Part shown: piece after piece, positions 42,228-56,336 of the stretch
How the letters are laid out: each line of letters begins with the position of its first letter
Numbering within the stretch: the first letter of the stretch is position 1
Assembly (NCBI GenBank): GCA_951406725.2
Contig: OX597837.1
Coordinates: forward strand, 124,001 to 188,000
Length of the DNA: 64,000 bases
Source of the DNA: Octopus vulgaris
Taxonomy: Eukaryota
Direction of reading: 5' to 3'
Notes under the pieces: model-generated
Databases searched by the model: none
What the model saw: only the letters and a program-made list of their open reading frames with translations
Told to the model about the DNA's origin: nothing
Translations under genes and position numbers: made by a program

Positions 42228-42622
42228 GTCTTCAAGCCATGAAGTCGTTGTTCTAAAAGAACGCTGGTCTCCTTGACAACGCATTACGACGTTGATTTCC
42301 TTACACTCCCTTCCCCACAGCTTCACAAGGGAGGGAAGAAGGGGGAGAAGCAACACAGGTGCAGATGTGAGCTTGGACGCCAACTCCGCCGCCATCGACA
42401 CACGAAAAAATATGCATTAAAATGGAATAAAAAATGATGTTAAATTATTTTTAAAATCGTAGACTCATCGTAGACGCGCGCTAATACTCAGACGGGCTCG
42501 ATATGAATCACGACTATAAGATAACCGAATTTGGTTAAACTGCACCGCAAAATGTGGGAGTAGTTCGGAATCTAAATCGAAGGGGACAGACACTCACACA
42601 ACTACAGTTTTATATATATAGA
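42228..42622 (-). mobile_element. Helitron 5' fragment
   Basis: Reverse complement begins A|TCTATATATATAAAACTGTAGTTGTGTGAGTGTCTGTC, the same style as 23402; 3' CTAG end not seen. Confidence 0.55.
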
Positions 42623-42632
42623 TATATATGCA

Positions 42633-42762
42633 TAAAGAGACCGATAGAATAAGTACTAGGCTTACAAAGAATAAGTCCTGGGGTCGATTTGCTCGACTAA
42701 AGGCCATGTTCCAGCATGACCACAGTCAAATGACTGAAAAAACTAAAAGAGAAAAGAGTAAA
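42633..42762 (+). mobile_element. SINE family D 3' half
   Basis: gaccgatagaataagtactaggcttacaaagaataagtcctggggtcgatttgctcgactaaagg..ccagcatgaccacagtcaaatgactgaaa. Confidence 0.7.
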
Positions 42763-42797
42763 AGTGTATATGTATATATATATATGTATATATAAAC

Positions 42798-42851
<54 letters not shown>

Positions 42852-42901
42852 GTATATGTATATATGTATATATGTATATTTATATATATATATATATATG
42901 C

Positions 42902-42935
<34 letters not shown>

Positions 42936-42970
42936 TTATATATATATGTATATATATTTATATGTATGTA

Positions 42971-43016
<46 letters not shown>

Positions 43017-43019
<3 letters not shown>

Positions 43020-43238
43020 TGGTGATGTAGAAAACAAACAGATGTATTAGTATAACGCTCGGGAATTGAAAAAGTCTTTGACGTTTCGAGCCTACGCTCT
43101 TCCGCAGAAGGGAACAGAGAAAGAAACAAGGAAAGAAAAAAATGTGTGTAGTGGCTAGCGATCTATCATGGCGAATGCCGGACAGAAGCGTCACACAAGA
43201 GAGCTAAGAAGTAGGAGAGATAACAAAGTAGTAGTAAT

Positions 43239-43241
<3 letters not shown>
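43017..43241 (-). mobile_element. Penelope-like pLTR fragment in (TA)n with hammerhead-like motif
   Basis: 43075-43112 reverse complement CTGCGGA-A-GAGC-GTAG-GCTC-GAAAC-GTC; homologous to 38110-38255. Confidence 0.6.
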
Positions 43242-43293
<52 letters not shown>

Positions 43294-43378
43294 CTCCGTT
43301 TTGAAACAGAGTAAAGTCTCCTGCCAGTATCGGTGACGCAGAGTTTTCTAGCTGTACCAGAAAAAAATTGTATGGCAT

Positions 43379-43447
<69 letters not shown>

Positions 43448-43452
<5 letters not shown>

Positions 43453-43535
43453 CTGTTTCATTCAGAGAAATCTTCAGGAAGCTTCCTGAAGATTTCTCTT
43501 GAATGAAACAGTTCTAGTCTAATAACTCCTTCTAT
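43448..43535. repeat. Palindrome of the hammerhead-bearing family, decayed copy
   Basis: Centred on AAGCTT 43479-43484; AGCTTC-CTGAAGA-TTTCTCTTGAAT-GAAACAGTTCTAGTC; homologous to 56216-56351. Confidence 0.75.
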
Positions 43536-44150
43536 ATAATAAATATATATATATATATATATACTGGCAGGAGACTTTACTCTGTTTCAAAACGGAGATA
43601 TTTAGTTCTAATGAGGTAACTTATGATACCTGTAATCAATTTGCGAATATGAACATCATTATTCTTTTTTTCATTGCAGATGTTGGATCTGATACAAGTA
43701 ATCTGAATGCGAAAAACATGTATGGCTCATCGTTAGTTCAGAATGTAGCTGAGGAAGGTGGGATCGAAACCATGCTCTTTTGATTCGCAAATGGACATCC
43801 TGCTGCGAGGAAAATAATCACCGCTCTCGCATATACTTAAGAGCTTATACATACATGCATACATACATACATGCATACATACATACATACATACATACAT
43901 ACATACATACATACATACATACATACATACATACATACATACTCGCGTACATGCGCTCTACATATATTCACACTTACACACACATATCATTGTGATAATT
44001 TGAGATTACTGCTTAAATATTTGGTTAACATCGACTGCACCATACAATAAGCCAATGATTACAGGTACGGATACTGACGTCATATACATACCTACCTACA
44101 TACATACATATCTATCTATCTATATATATATATACATGTACATATATACA

Positions 44151-44204
<54 letters not shown>

Positions 44205-45738
44205 CATACATATATATATATATATGTGTATATACAAACACATACATATATTTACACGTACACACAAATATGTATATGCGTATGCGCATGTGTGCATGTA
44301 TGCCTCTATCAATTCACATACATCTAATGATTGTATTACTACTTACTGCAACATGTGAGATAGAAATAATGTAATGGCTGATTCTTGCTCCAAAATTAAT
44401 TATTGTTATCAATGACATAAGCGACCGGTAGAAAATCAATTTGGCTCGATCGTAATTTCGACATTCATTCGTCGAACTGACATCGGCAAACCTATGGCCA
44501 TTGTTTCCTTTATGAAACGCCTTAAACCAATCTAGCATTTACTCGCAGGGGTCGCTACAGCACTGACCCTTAACAAATCACCAGTTTAAAGGCAATTGTT
44601 TAGAAAACTTCGTTCGTGAGAGATACCTGTTTGTTCCCATCATACCATCTCCCCCCTCTCTTCCTCGCACTAATTTCGCAATTTCTCTCTCTCTCTCTTT
44701 CACACGTATATACATGTAAATATGAATGTATGCATGTGTGTACATACATAAATACACTATAATAGATTATATATATATATATATATATATATATAACTTG
44801 CTCATCTTCCACCCCTCCTAGCCTCTCTGAACCTAACTATCCATCTATCTATCTGTCTATCTTTCCATCTATATATGTATTTATTTACCTACCTACCTAC
44901 CTACATACCTGTCTCTCTCTCTCTTTCTCTCACTCTCTCTATTTCTTCCCGATTTCCTGAATATTCTACTGTCGGTCTTTCCTTTTGTCTCCCTATTATT
45001 CATGGACCTCTGTGTTACTTTCTCCTTCCCTCCCTCCTTCTCTCCTCCTCCTCCTCTTCCTTTTCTCCCTCTCTCTGCCTCTCTCCTTTATTATCTCTGC
45101 ATCTCTCTTATTCCCTGATCTATAAATCATTGCATTTAAATCTTTCAGATTTCATCTCCTCACTCTTTCTCTCCCCTCCTGTTCTCTCACACTCACTCAC
45201 TCACTCACTCACTCACTCACTCTCTCTCTCCACACACACACACACGCACACACAAATATTCCCTTCGTTTCTTCCTTTCATGACGTAGTATCCCCTCCCC
45301 TGCTCCGCCAATCTTCCCTTCTTTTTGCTTAAAATGAAATTATGGCCCTCAACTCCTAGTGACCAAAAGTGAAACTTCAAGCCGTGCCTCTTAATGAAAG
45401 CTTCAGCTAACTAATTGGAAAAGCCAACGAAATTAACGTCTCCAGAAACAATGCTAGCGATTTAGTTGAATGGAGTCGATCTATATTTAAGCCTTTCTAA
45501 TTGGTTTGAATTGCAGTGTGGTGTGAGAGAGTGCTTTTTTTGTTTGTTTACGGTGGTGAGAAATAGACAGGTAGATAAAGAGAGAGAAAGAGGGAGAGAG
45601 AGAGGGGAGAAAGAGAGGGAGAGAGAGAGAAGAAGGTAGGAGAGTAGTGAAATTTGGAAGAAAGGAAAGACGAAAGAGTAACAGAAAAATGGAAAGAGAA
45701 ATAAGTAGAGAGTGCAGGAGAAAGTAAAAGAGAAACAT

Positions 45739-45777
<39 letters not shown>

Positions 45778-45917
45778 AAGAAAGAAGGGAGAGAGAATGA
45801 GTGATGCTGGATGATGTGGGAAGCAGCAAAGAAGATGGATTCGAAGACGTAATATCCGTGGATAAATGTTAGGCGATTGGATGAAGCGGAAATGAAGATG
45901 ACATCGGTGACGTATTA

Positions 45918-45954
<37 letters not shown>

Positions 45955-48197
45955 CTCATACATATACACGTACACACACAAAGACACATAGTCATATATA
46001 TACTACGTACACACACATAGACACACAAACATATACATACATGCATGCATACATCTATCGGTATGACATTAAGAAAAGGGTACAATGACTCGGTGAGTTT
46101 GGATAAATCGGTAAACCGTGTAGAGAAGAATCTCATGTCCTTGTTCTGACTATTTCTCTGCTGTATTTCTTCAAATACATCTATGTAATAACATCACATA
46201 GGTGGCGCTCTCGTCCGACGTCAGTGAAACAAGATTCAATATTGTAGTAGTAATTGGATGGAGGGTGGGGGTTCGTTGTTGCTTAACCCGAAGCCATACC
46301 TGTTCCAGCCGCTCTATAATCAGTAAGGCTTTAGCCATGGTCATCTCCATTTTTAAAGAGCATTGTGTATCTAGTGTATTCAATAAGTGTGAGTTGGGTT
46401 GCACTATTATCAGGGTATCGTGATTTTGATATAACAGACAGGCGCATGATTAAATACTATTTAATACTATGTTAGTTCGAAATCAAGGGTCGGAAAAAAT
46501 AGCGACAGTGAAACGCCTGTCAGCGACAGCTGAGAAGAGCTGAGTGTGGATAAGAGTAAAAAGAGATGATAGATGGGACTGAAAGGGGTACAGCAAGCCA
46601 CTAAATACAGGGAAAAGAAAAATTCGGTTTGAACCAAAGTCAAAGCGGTGGTCTGTGTGTCCAAAAGTTTCAAGTTCAATCTCCACTGAAGGTGACATTT
46701 GAATAACTGCAGGAGGACATCGAGAAACCACTACCTTAGAGTGTCAGGAATTAACAGACCGAAGCACTTGTTTGACGGGAGTTCTTCCTCTGAAGATTTC
46801 TTCCATTGTTCTCTCGTCCAGTGTGCAACCTTCTTACATTGTGCGAAGCTCCGGGCTGATACTCGACTTAGTCTTTCATTGTCCTGAGAAGTAATAGTAG
46901 TTGACATGACCGTCCGGTTGGAGCAGGGTCATCTGAGAAAGTGCGCAAGTATCGGCCGCTCGTACCATTGCTGTTGCAGGAGTTTGATCGGCCGGCAGAG
47001 GTGCATGGACTCACAATCGGTACCTGTGGTGCCTGGTGCCGGCCTGCGAGTGCGGCGCTAGATGCCTTGAGCATTAAGGACACCTAGAAAGCACTACCTG
47101 AGTGATAGCTAGAAACTACTGCCTTAGAGTGTCCGGAATTAACAGACAGAAGCACTTGTTTGACGGGAGTTCTTCCTCTGAAGATTTCTTCTGCTGTTCT
47201 CTTGTCCAGGAGCGAAGTTTCGCTCACCGTTCCAGCCATGGCCATTTTATCTTCTGGAATTTTGTGTCACGAACAAAACTAGTTGATGCGGCCTGTGTCC
47301 CACAGGTTACCGCCAGGAGTCTACAACTTCCTGTTTGGAGGCTTGGAACCATTCTGTTAAGTATTTTGTCTCCTAGTCAATCAGTGACTAAAGGACACAT
47401 CATTCACCGTTATAATCCCTTTGAGGACGCAGAGTAGCTTTTGAGGACAAAAAAGGGAGGAAAAAACCTGATACAGGTATTCAGATCCTCAAAACAGATT
47501 TCCTGTTGTAGTTGTATGCGTGTGTGCCTATGTGTGTGCGTGTACGTGTGTGTGTATGTGTGTGTGTATGTGGTGTCTGTTAGTGCATGGATTATGTGTG
47601 TATGTGTGTGTGTATATATATGTATGTGTGTGTCTATGGAGTGTGTGTACGTGTGCGTGTTTGTGCCTGTGCATGGAATACATATATGCATATATGTATG
47701 TGTGTGTGTATGTATGTGTGTGTCTATGGTGTGTGTGTACGCGTGTGTGTCTGTGAATGGAATATGTATGTGTATATGTGTGTGTGTATGTGTATGTGTA
47801 TGTGTGTGTGTGTGTGTATGTGTCTGTGTTTAAACTTTTCCCATTAATCTCCACTGTATTAAATACAAAGAAAAAATATGAAATAAAAAAAATAAAGAAT
47901 TGAATGAACCGAGGGAACTAACTCAGATATCCTAATGACAAGTTTCGGCAACTCAATGAAACAATAGCAGCGAATGTCGCACACAAAATTTATTCTAAAT
48001 TAAAATTTTCCTCTTAGTTGGGGAAAGAAAGCCCAAACCGAACCCAACAAGCAATCGTTAGCGACTCACAAAAAAAGGCGGAACAGTTTCAAGTAAAATA
48101 AGAATTAATTTCTCGAGTGAATTAACATGTTTAGAAATATGAGTTCTCACTAACTTTTATCTAAATATGCAAATTTACTCGAGGAATTAAATTGATA

Positions 48198-48410
48198 GTT
48201 TCAAATTTTGGCACAGGGTCAGCAATTTCGGGAAGGGCTAAGTCGATTACATCCCCTCCAATGCTCAACTGGTTCTTATTGTATCGATTCCCGAAAGAAT
48301 AAAACGGCTTAGTCGATCTCGCCGGAATTAGAACTCAGAACATAAAGACAGACGAAGTATCACTAAGTAATGTTACCCAGTGTGCTAACGAATGTGCCAG
48401 CCACCTTCTT
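48198..48410 (-). mobile_element. SINE family A, diverged
   Basis: Head, core and tail recognisable. Confidence 0.75.
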
Positions 48411-48451
48411 GAGGAATTTAATTATTAATGTCCTTAAACTAAGGCTTGAAG

Positions 48452-48700
48452 GTGAAGGCTTGTGGTCTGGTGATCAGTGAGTTGCTACCACGATCCTGAG
48501 AACGTGGTTCCGATTCTCGGACCGACTGGTGCGTTCTGTCCTTGAGCAAAATACTTCCTCTCATCTTGCTTCAGCCCATTTAACTTTAAATGAAGAAACC
48601 TGCACGAGACTGACGTTCCGTCCAGGGTAAATGTTGTGATTTCGCTCACTTATACGTCGTGGATACCGGGTAACAAACCTTATGAGTTCTAGGACTTGAG
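48452..48700 (+). mobile_element. SINE family B, diverged
   Basis: gtggttccgattctcggaccg..tccttgagcaaaatactt. Confidence 0.65.
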
Positions 48701-49311
48701 GCAGTAATGTGTTCTTTGAATTACCTCCCCTTTTTCTTTGAGAGTCGCAAACGTTTGTCGCAAGGTTTCTCTCTTTTCCCTCCTCTAACTATCTCTAACT
48801 TAAGAAGTCTTTTACTTATTTAATTATTTATTTATTTAATTTACTTATGGCGCAAGGCAATGAGTACAACAGCCTATGATATTTATTACTGTTAATTATT
48901 GTTTTATTTTTCAATAATTAATAACGGTCACTTGGCATTGTACAACATAAATAAACAAGCAGATAAAAACATAAACAAAACAAACATCAACAACAACACT
49001 AACGATGACAACAACAACAACAACAACAATTATAACGTAATAGTTCTCCTACCACCACCACCACCACCAAAAAAAACCCCAATAAAATAAAATAAACCGA
49101 ATGTTTCCAATTATAAATACTTTATAAATTTGGCGAAAGTGAACTTCGAAATTTGTAAATTTATATTGCAATATTTCTACCTATTTCACTCAGAACTGTC
49201 CGTCCGTGTGTCCGTCCGTGTGTCCGTCCGTACGTTTCTTCGTTTCTTCTTTCCGCCCATTCGTTCTTTCGTTCTTTGTCATTTTTCGGTTTTTGATATT
49301 CTATATCATGT

Positions 49312-49528
49312 TAAGGCAGCGGACTGGCAGAATCGTTAGCATGCCAGGCAAAATGTTTAGCACCATTTCGTCTGTCTTTGCGTTCTAAGTTCTGATTCCA
49401 CCGAGGTTAACTTTGCTTTCCACCCTTTCGGGATCGATAAAATAAGTACCAGTTGAGTATTGAGGTCGATATAATTGAGTAGCTGCGTCCCCCGAAATTG
49501 CAGGCATTGTGCCAAAATTTGAAACCAA
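49312..49528 (+). mobile_element. SINE family A
   Basis: aaggcagcggactggcagaatcgttagc..ctttcgggatcgataaaataagtaccagttgag. Confidence 0.8.
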
Positions 49529-49624
49529 CACTTCATATCGTGTTTTGGTCTTGGGTAATGGTGAGAGAGGTGGCGTCAGCTTCAACCCACCCCACAAATA
49601 CAGATAAAACACGCGTATCGAAGA

Positions 49625-49835
49625 TCCTCCGTCGCTTACAACGACAAGGGCTCCAGTTGAACCGATCAACGGAACAGTTTGCTCGTGAAATTAACGTGCA
49701 AATTGCAGAGCTCTCCACAGACATGCGTACCTTTAACGTAGTTCTCAAGGAGGTCCAGCGTGACATGGAATGTGACAAGGCTGTCCCCCCTCCTTTGAAT
49801 TACAGGTACCACTCATTTTTATCAGCTGAGTGAAC
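49625..49835 (-). mobile_element. 3' body of a long B-related SINE
   Basis: Ends in actcatttttatcagctgagtg, the reverse complement of the family B cactcagctggcaaaaatgagt segment. Confidence 0.55.
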
Positions 49836-51130
49836 ACTCGTATTAAACATTTAGTAAAAAAGACAAAACAATAAAAGAAGAAAAACAAATAAACTGAGAC
49901 GACCATCAATTTGAGCAATAATATCGATAAGAATTATTTTTGTTACAGCAAAAACAAAAAAGCAAAAAATAAAAAGAGAAAAATGCCATTTTGTTGTTGT
50001 TATGTAGAAGACGTTCCAGCTGTGGTCATCCCATCTTTGCTAAAGATATTGTAAGTCATTGGTGCATGCATATTCTATAAAATATTTTCTGGACGGGTAA
50101 AGTGATTTGAGGGAGATTTAGCTACTATGTCTAGGAGACTGAGGTAACTATGCAATTTGAAGAGAGAAGAGAGAGAGAGGGGGGGGGAAGAAAGTTGACA
50201 ACGACAAGATTTGAACACGGAGCGTAAAGTGCCGTAACCTCAAAACCTTTTACCTGACGCCCTAACGATTCTGTTAATCCACCTCTCTTGCAATATCAAC
50301 AAGAATCATTATTTGTCTCAAGGTGGATTCTAAGAATAAATTTTAAAATATAGAAATAAATAAGATAAAAAAATAAAAATAAGCAGCAACGCTCGGGGAT
50401 TTTCATGAAATTGATTATAATAAATTTGGGAAACAACAGTCTCCGTAAGGGGGTAGAAATTTGAAACTATGCAGATCAAAGATGGCTCCAACAGCCGAGT
50501 GGCATGAGCAATTGTCTTTTAACTGTGTTCTAAGGCGTAGACTCAAGCTGAAAGTTGGTCCACCTACGTGAGCCATTCTCGTCGAAGAGCAGAACCTCTT
50601 CATATTCCTCTCTACATTCCTTTTCATCTGAAACCTGTAGAAGATTCGACCAGGATTTAGCAAAAGGCAAACATTGCTGTTTTCATTCCTTTCAATCTCT
50701 GCCCCGCATGCATTCTCTGTCGTCATTATCCCCACAAAAAACAAACAAAAACTGATTTCCTTTTCCGGCCGAAAAGAAAAGGGCAGCGAGCGGTTTTCAC
50801 AATGACTTGGCCGATAGCTTAGCTTTTCCTACAAGTGACCGCAGTTGTTCGATAAACCTTTACACCAATGGTCGGATGTGGAACAAAAAAGATGTAGTAG
50901 TGTTTCGCTCTTCTGTGCAAACATCTAAGATAAACCAGGGTGACAACACCCACGGGCTTGTAGAGTTTAACACAAACCTGTAAAGCCTCGTGTAGTTTAG
51001 GTTAAGGATTTCTGGGAGTTATCTATAATCCATAAATTGAAAGTCCTCGAGAACAGGTGGTCTAACTAAACAAACACCTCAAGACCCCTCGAGAAGGTCG
51101 ATGCTCTTACTCATTATTGAGCTTCTAGAG

Positions 51131-51448
51131 CAAAGGTTCTCAACCGGGGTTCATGTAACCCTTTGTGGTCCTCATAAAATTTTGAGGGTTCACACAAGCA
51201 AAATACTTAATCGGGCCCAAGAAAAAAAATTGCAGAAATTTTTCAGAAGACAGATTTCTTTCTCTGATGTTTTACATAATTCAGCCTCCACAAGTGTATG
51301 TGTGATAAGCAAATAAAATTTTAAAGGAAGTTTCCATAAAAATAGTTTTTAAACATGGAATGTTTCTGGCGGGAGTGGGGGGAAGGTCTCTCAGAGTAAA
51401 ATACTAAACAAAGGGGTCCTTAGATGAAAAATGGTTGAGGAACCCCTG
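51131..51448. mobile_element. hAT (Charlie/Buster-type) MITE
   Basis: TIRs CAAAGGTTCTCAACC / GGTTGAGGAACCCCTG; 8-bp TSD TTCTAGAG / TTCTATAG (7/8). Confidence 0.85.
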
Positions 51449-52222
51449 TTCTATAGAATGCAACAACTCACCACTGACCAAACTTCATAACCGATGAAGA
51501 AATGTGAGCTACTAACAGCATTCCAAATACCGAAGGCCTAAACTTGGTCTTTGGGTTGACCTTACTCTACAGCTCCGTCAAAGTTACAAACTGAAGAACG
51601 ACATGCTTGTCCAACGATGACTGCAGATGCATACCACCAACAAATCTCGGCAGATGGCGTGGTCGCATAACATGTCTTTAAGTGATTAGCCATGACATGC
51701 CGAGTACTTGAAGCAGGGGATGTTGGCAGTGTGTGGGATTTTTCTGACCAGTGGAATGTAACCTTTTACGACAAGCAAAATAACAGACGCTGTAAACTGG
51801 TGGTCTGACGAAAGGCAAGACGTTTGGATGATAATAATTAACGGCGTTGGCATCCAGTCTGTCTTCCCGATCTTTCAGGCAGGTCGATTAAATAGCCACC
51901 CATCAGAACCATTTCGTTTCATTTTGCTTGATCAGTGAAGGACGTTACTCACCCATTACATTGTCTAAGATTTAGTTTTCGAACCATTGCCACGGAAAGC
52001 AAACGGACTAAGGAGAATTTCCCTTGAGGGAGGAGACGTTTCGACAAACGGGGAGAGTGTTATCAAGATGGAGTCGGATTTTGTCGGTAAGTTACGGAAA
52101 ATAAGAAGATATAATAACAGCATGAACAACAACTATAGCAACAACCACAACAGTAACCACAGCAACAACAACGACATGAACAGTAGTAGCAGCAACAAGA
52201 AGAAAAGCTGCTGCTGCTGTTG

Positions 52223-52275
<53 letters not shown>

Positions 52276-52938
52276 GCTGCTGCTGTTCCTACTGCTGCTG
52301 TTACTTCAGTAATAGAAGTAATAGCAGTACCTATATATATTATATCTATATACATATAAATATGTGCAATACAAAGATACATATATACACACATATATGT
52401 GCATACAAACATTAACAGATACACACACATCCAGCTATATTTACTTATGTTTTACTGGCAATAATTTATATACACACACATACAGACGTCATGGAACTGT
52501 TCGTATTCCTGTTTAAATATTTATCTTACAGAATATAATAAACAATATTATAATTTATAAACAGTATTACAAAATATTAACAGAGTCACTGGAGCCAATC
52601 GTTAACCAATCTATTCTTGAGACACTCATATTTCTTACTGGCAAATCCATTTTGTAGAAAGGAACGAGGAATTGGCCATTCCTGTCGAAAGAGATGCAAG
52701 ACTAACTGTGAATTCCAACAATGTATGTGGCCACCTCTTGTTAGGAGCGCTGTTAGTTGCTATTGTTGCTGCTTATTGCTTGGCCAGCTTCAGGATGTAT
52801 CGTACCTGATATTCGCTACACGCACACACACATGTATACATACACCCACACACATGTACACATACACACACACAAATGTATGTATACACACACATATATG
52901 TATACATACACATGTATGTATACCTACACGCGCATGCC

Positions 52939-53188
52939 TATAAAGTCATAAATGACAGAGAATTTGTATGATGCAATTTTATTTATGTGAATTTAAGAAA
53001 ATTCAAATATGACAACAATTTGTTTCTTAACTTAAAAACATGTAAAAGATTAATATTATTAATAAATATAATAATATAAATTATTTACATGTTTTTTAAG
53101 TTACGAAACAATTTGTCGTGATATTGAAGTTTTCTTACTATTAAATACTATTTCATCAAACTATTTCTCTGTCATTTCTGATTTTATA
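52939..53188. mobile_element. Old foldback MITE (imperfect 250-bp palindrome)
   Basis: tataaagtcataaatgacagagaa / ttctctgtcatttctgattttata and taacttaaaaacatgtaaa / tttacatgttttttaagtta. Confidence 0.65.
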
Positions 53189-53391
53189 CACTCCTTATCG
53201 TTTTCTCTTCCATTGTACAATAAATTCTGTTTTGTGGAATGATACATTAAGAAGCTCATTTTTTGAACAACGAAAAACTCAAATGGAAAAACAAGACAAG
53301 CAACATAGAGAACGACCCTTCATCGGTTGTTGGCTGTTTTTCTACTCTCGTATATCGTGCATTTAACAAGAATATACGCTTTCGATAGCCA

Positions 53392-53548
53392 ACTCCTTAA
53401 CGGGAAGCCAGTCCATCGGAGGGTTGTTCCTTTACAACTGAGTGGACTGGGGCAATGTGAATGAGAGCAAGGAGTGCTTTGATCAAGATAACAACGCCCC
53501 ACCAGGTTCAGGAATCAAAACCACAATTTTACCATCATGAGTCCAACA

Positions 53549-53550
<2 letters not shown>
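53392..53550 (-). mobile_element. SINE family B, diverged
   Basis: caactgagtggactggggcaatgtgaaatga..ggaatcaaaaccacaatttt. Confidence 0.65.
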
Positions 53551-53586
<36 letters not shown>

Positions 53587-54542
53587 AACATAAAGATACA
53601 CACAGATTTGTTTCCAGGATCTAAGATATTAATTCCTTCTCTTCAAACACACATACATAAACAACTGCACGAGCGCACACACACACACACGCACACACGC
53701 ACAAGCATTCGTACAACCCTAGGTTTACAACCTACACAACAATGAGTTGCAGGTGGTCTCTTGTCGATGCCGCAAATGAATATCACTAAAAATAATGAAC
53801 AATCATCTGTACAAAGTCCCACGCAACACACGACCATGTACACAACCACACACGCACACACAGACACACACAGACACACACAAACACACTCACAAACACA
53901 CACACATACGCAATTACATATAAATATACACATATAGACATACATATGCATGCAAGAATATATATACATATGTACATGTACAAATAAACGTACATATATA
54001 AGTAGATATAAATTTATATATATTTAATCCATAATGGTTAGCCCGACAAAATATGGATTAAATGTTTATCCTCTCACAGACTTATCTTTGAGTTCTTTGT
54101 TCTAAGTGGCAGCACATAACTTCTTTAAACTTGTCACCTTTGGAATATCATCTAGAGATATATACACATACATATATACCTCTTTATACATGTACATATA
54201 CGTATACGTACAAATATACACACATATATATGTATGTATACGCTCACACACAGATATACATATAAGTATAAATGCACATACACACACACACATATATATA
54301 CACATACATACATGTATATATACACATGTATATATATACGCATATAGAAGAGTTGATTTTAAGGTTGAAAGTGCATCGGTATGCATGCATATTATTCACA
54401 TAATGCACACGCATACGCACACACACATATATGCACATATATATATATACACAGATATACCTATCTATATCTATTTATCTATCTATTTATCTCTCTTTCT
54501 CCCCCACTCACTATCCCTCTCTCTCTCTCTCTCTCTCTCTCT

Positions 54543-54575
<33 letters not shown>

Positions 54576-55021
54576 AAATGTGTGTTTGCATATGCGCAAG
54601 CATGACAGATGACTATGTTCGGAAGAGCTTTGCCTCGGGCAACTGCATTCGATTTAGTCTTAGGTTCAGTAATATTTTGAGAGCAGTATACAGCAGACAT
54701 GCGGGCACCCATTCTACACACGCATGCGTATACACACGCCGCGCGCACGAACAGACACAATAACGAACGCAGAAACACACACATGCACACACGAATATAT
54801 ATACACACACACAGACTCACATAACACGTATATGGAAAATTACATGTATCTATATAACTTATGTCTGTAGTTGTGTCTGTAGTTATTTATATTGAACCTT
54901 ACAGGCAGTGATTCGACAAATAGAGATCAATAAAATAAGTACCTGTATGGATATGGTCCAATGAGTGAGACTGATAAAAAAGGAAACGGAACATTTGGGC
55001 ATAGATATGTGTGTGTGTATA

Positions 55022-55093
<72 letters not shown>

Positions 55094-55145
55094 GTGTGAG
55101 TATTATGTATATACAAACATACTTATATCTTTGCGTACATATATG

Positions 55146-55202
<57 letters not shown>

Positions 55203-55426
55203 GCACAAAGGTTAATTATACATCTGCATGCATGAATATATATGTTTTTCTTTTATTTATATGTATATATGTACTATAATATATATATATACATATATAT
55301 GTGTATATATATGCTATCATATATGTATGTATATATGTACATATATATATGTATGCACATACGTACATATAATATATATATATATATATATATGCATATA
55401 TATATACATTATATATATTTACATAC

Positions 55427-55461
<35 letters not shown>

Positions 55462-55902
55462 CATATATATATTTGTATATGTATACACACACACATATGT
55501 ATATATGTATATATATATATATGTATATGTATACACACATACATACACACATACATATATATATATATACATTATCATACACAAATATAACAAGAGCCTG
55601 TCAGACCGTTTCCTGTTGGCCAGTGTGTTGGCACGTCTGTTATTGATCTCCCGATCAGTCCCTGGCCGTCAGCCATGTTTTCTTCTCCTTCAAATCACCG
55701 TTGCTAATAGAAACTCATCAACGTGTTGCTGTCAACTATTTTTAATTTCGATATTCCCCTCCTTGTTCTTTGTCTATCAATCATGCCCCTCTCTCTCTCA
55801 CTCGCTTCCTGTTTGTCTGTCTATCTGTCTGTCGCTTTCTCTCTCTTTTCTCCCTCTCTCTCTATCTAGTTAGCTAGCTAGGTTGCTAAATAGCAAAACA
55901 TA

Positions 55903-56034
<132 letters not shown>

Positions 56035-56040
56035 TGTATG

Positions 56041-56071
<31 letters not shown>

Positions 56072-56156
56072 ATGTACATACACACACATATATACACATA
56101 TATTTATATATATATATATGTATGATATATGTATATATGTATATATGTATATATAT

Positions 56157-56220
<64 letters not shown>

Positions 56221-56230
56221 TTATAGAAGG

Positions 56231-56281
56231 AGCTTCTACAGGACTAGAACTGTTTCATTCAAAAGAAATCATCAGGAAGCT
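56231..56281 (-). ncRNA. Type I hammerhead ribozyme motif (minus-strand arm)
   Basis: Exact reverse complement of 56286-56336. Confidence 0.65.
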
Positions 56282-56285
56282 CAGA

Positions 56286-56336
56286 AGCTTCCTGATGATT
56301 TCTTTTGAATGAAACAGTTCTAGTCCTGTAGAAGCT
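56286..56336 (+). ncRNA. Type I hammerhead ribozyme motif
   Basis: AGCTTC-CTGATGA-TTTC(TTTT)GAAT-GAA-ACAG(TTCTAGTC)CTGT-A-GAAGCT: canonical core, 6-bp stem I, weak stem II, 4-bp stem III, GUA cleavage triplet ending at 56330. Confidence 0.65.

Noticed and set aside
50540-52090. Possible very old Tx1-like endonuclease and C-terminal remnants around the hAT MITE
   Set aside because: Only faint motifs (e.g. SDH); too decayed to call by eye.
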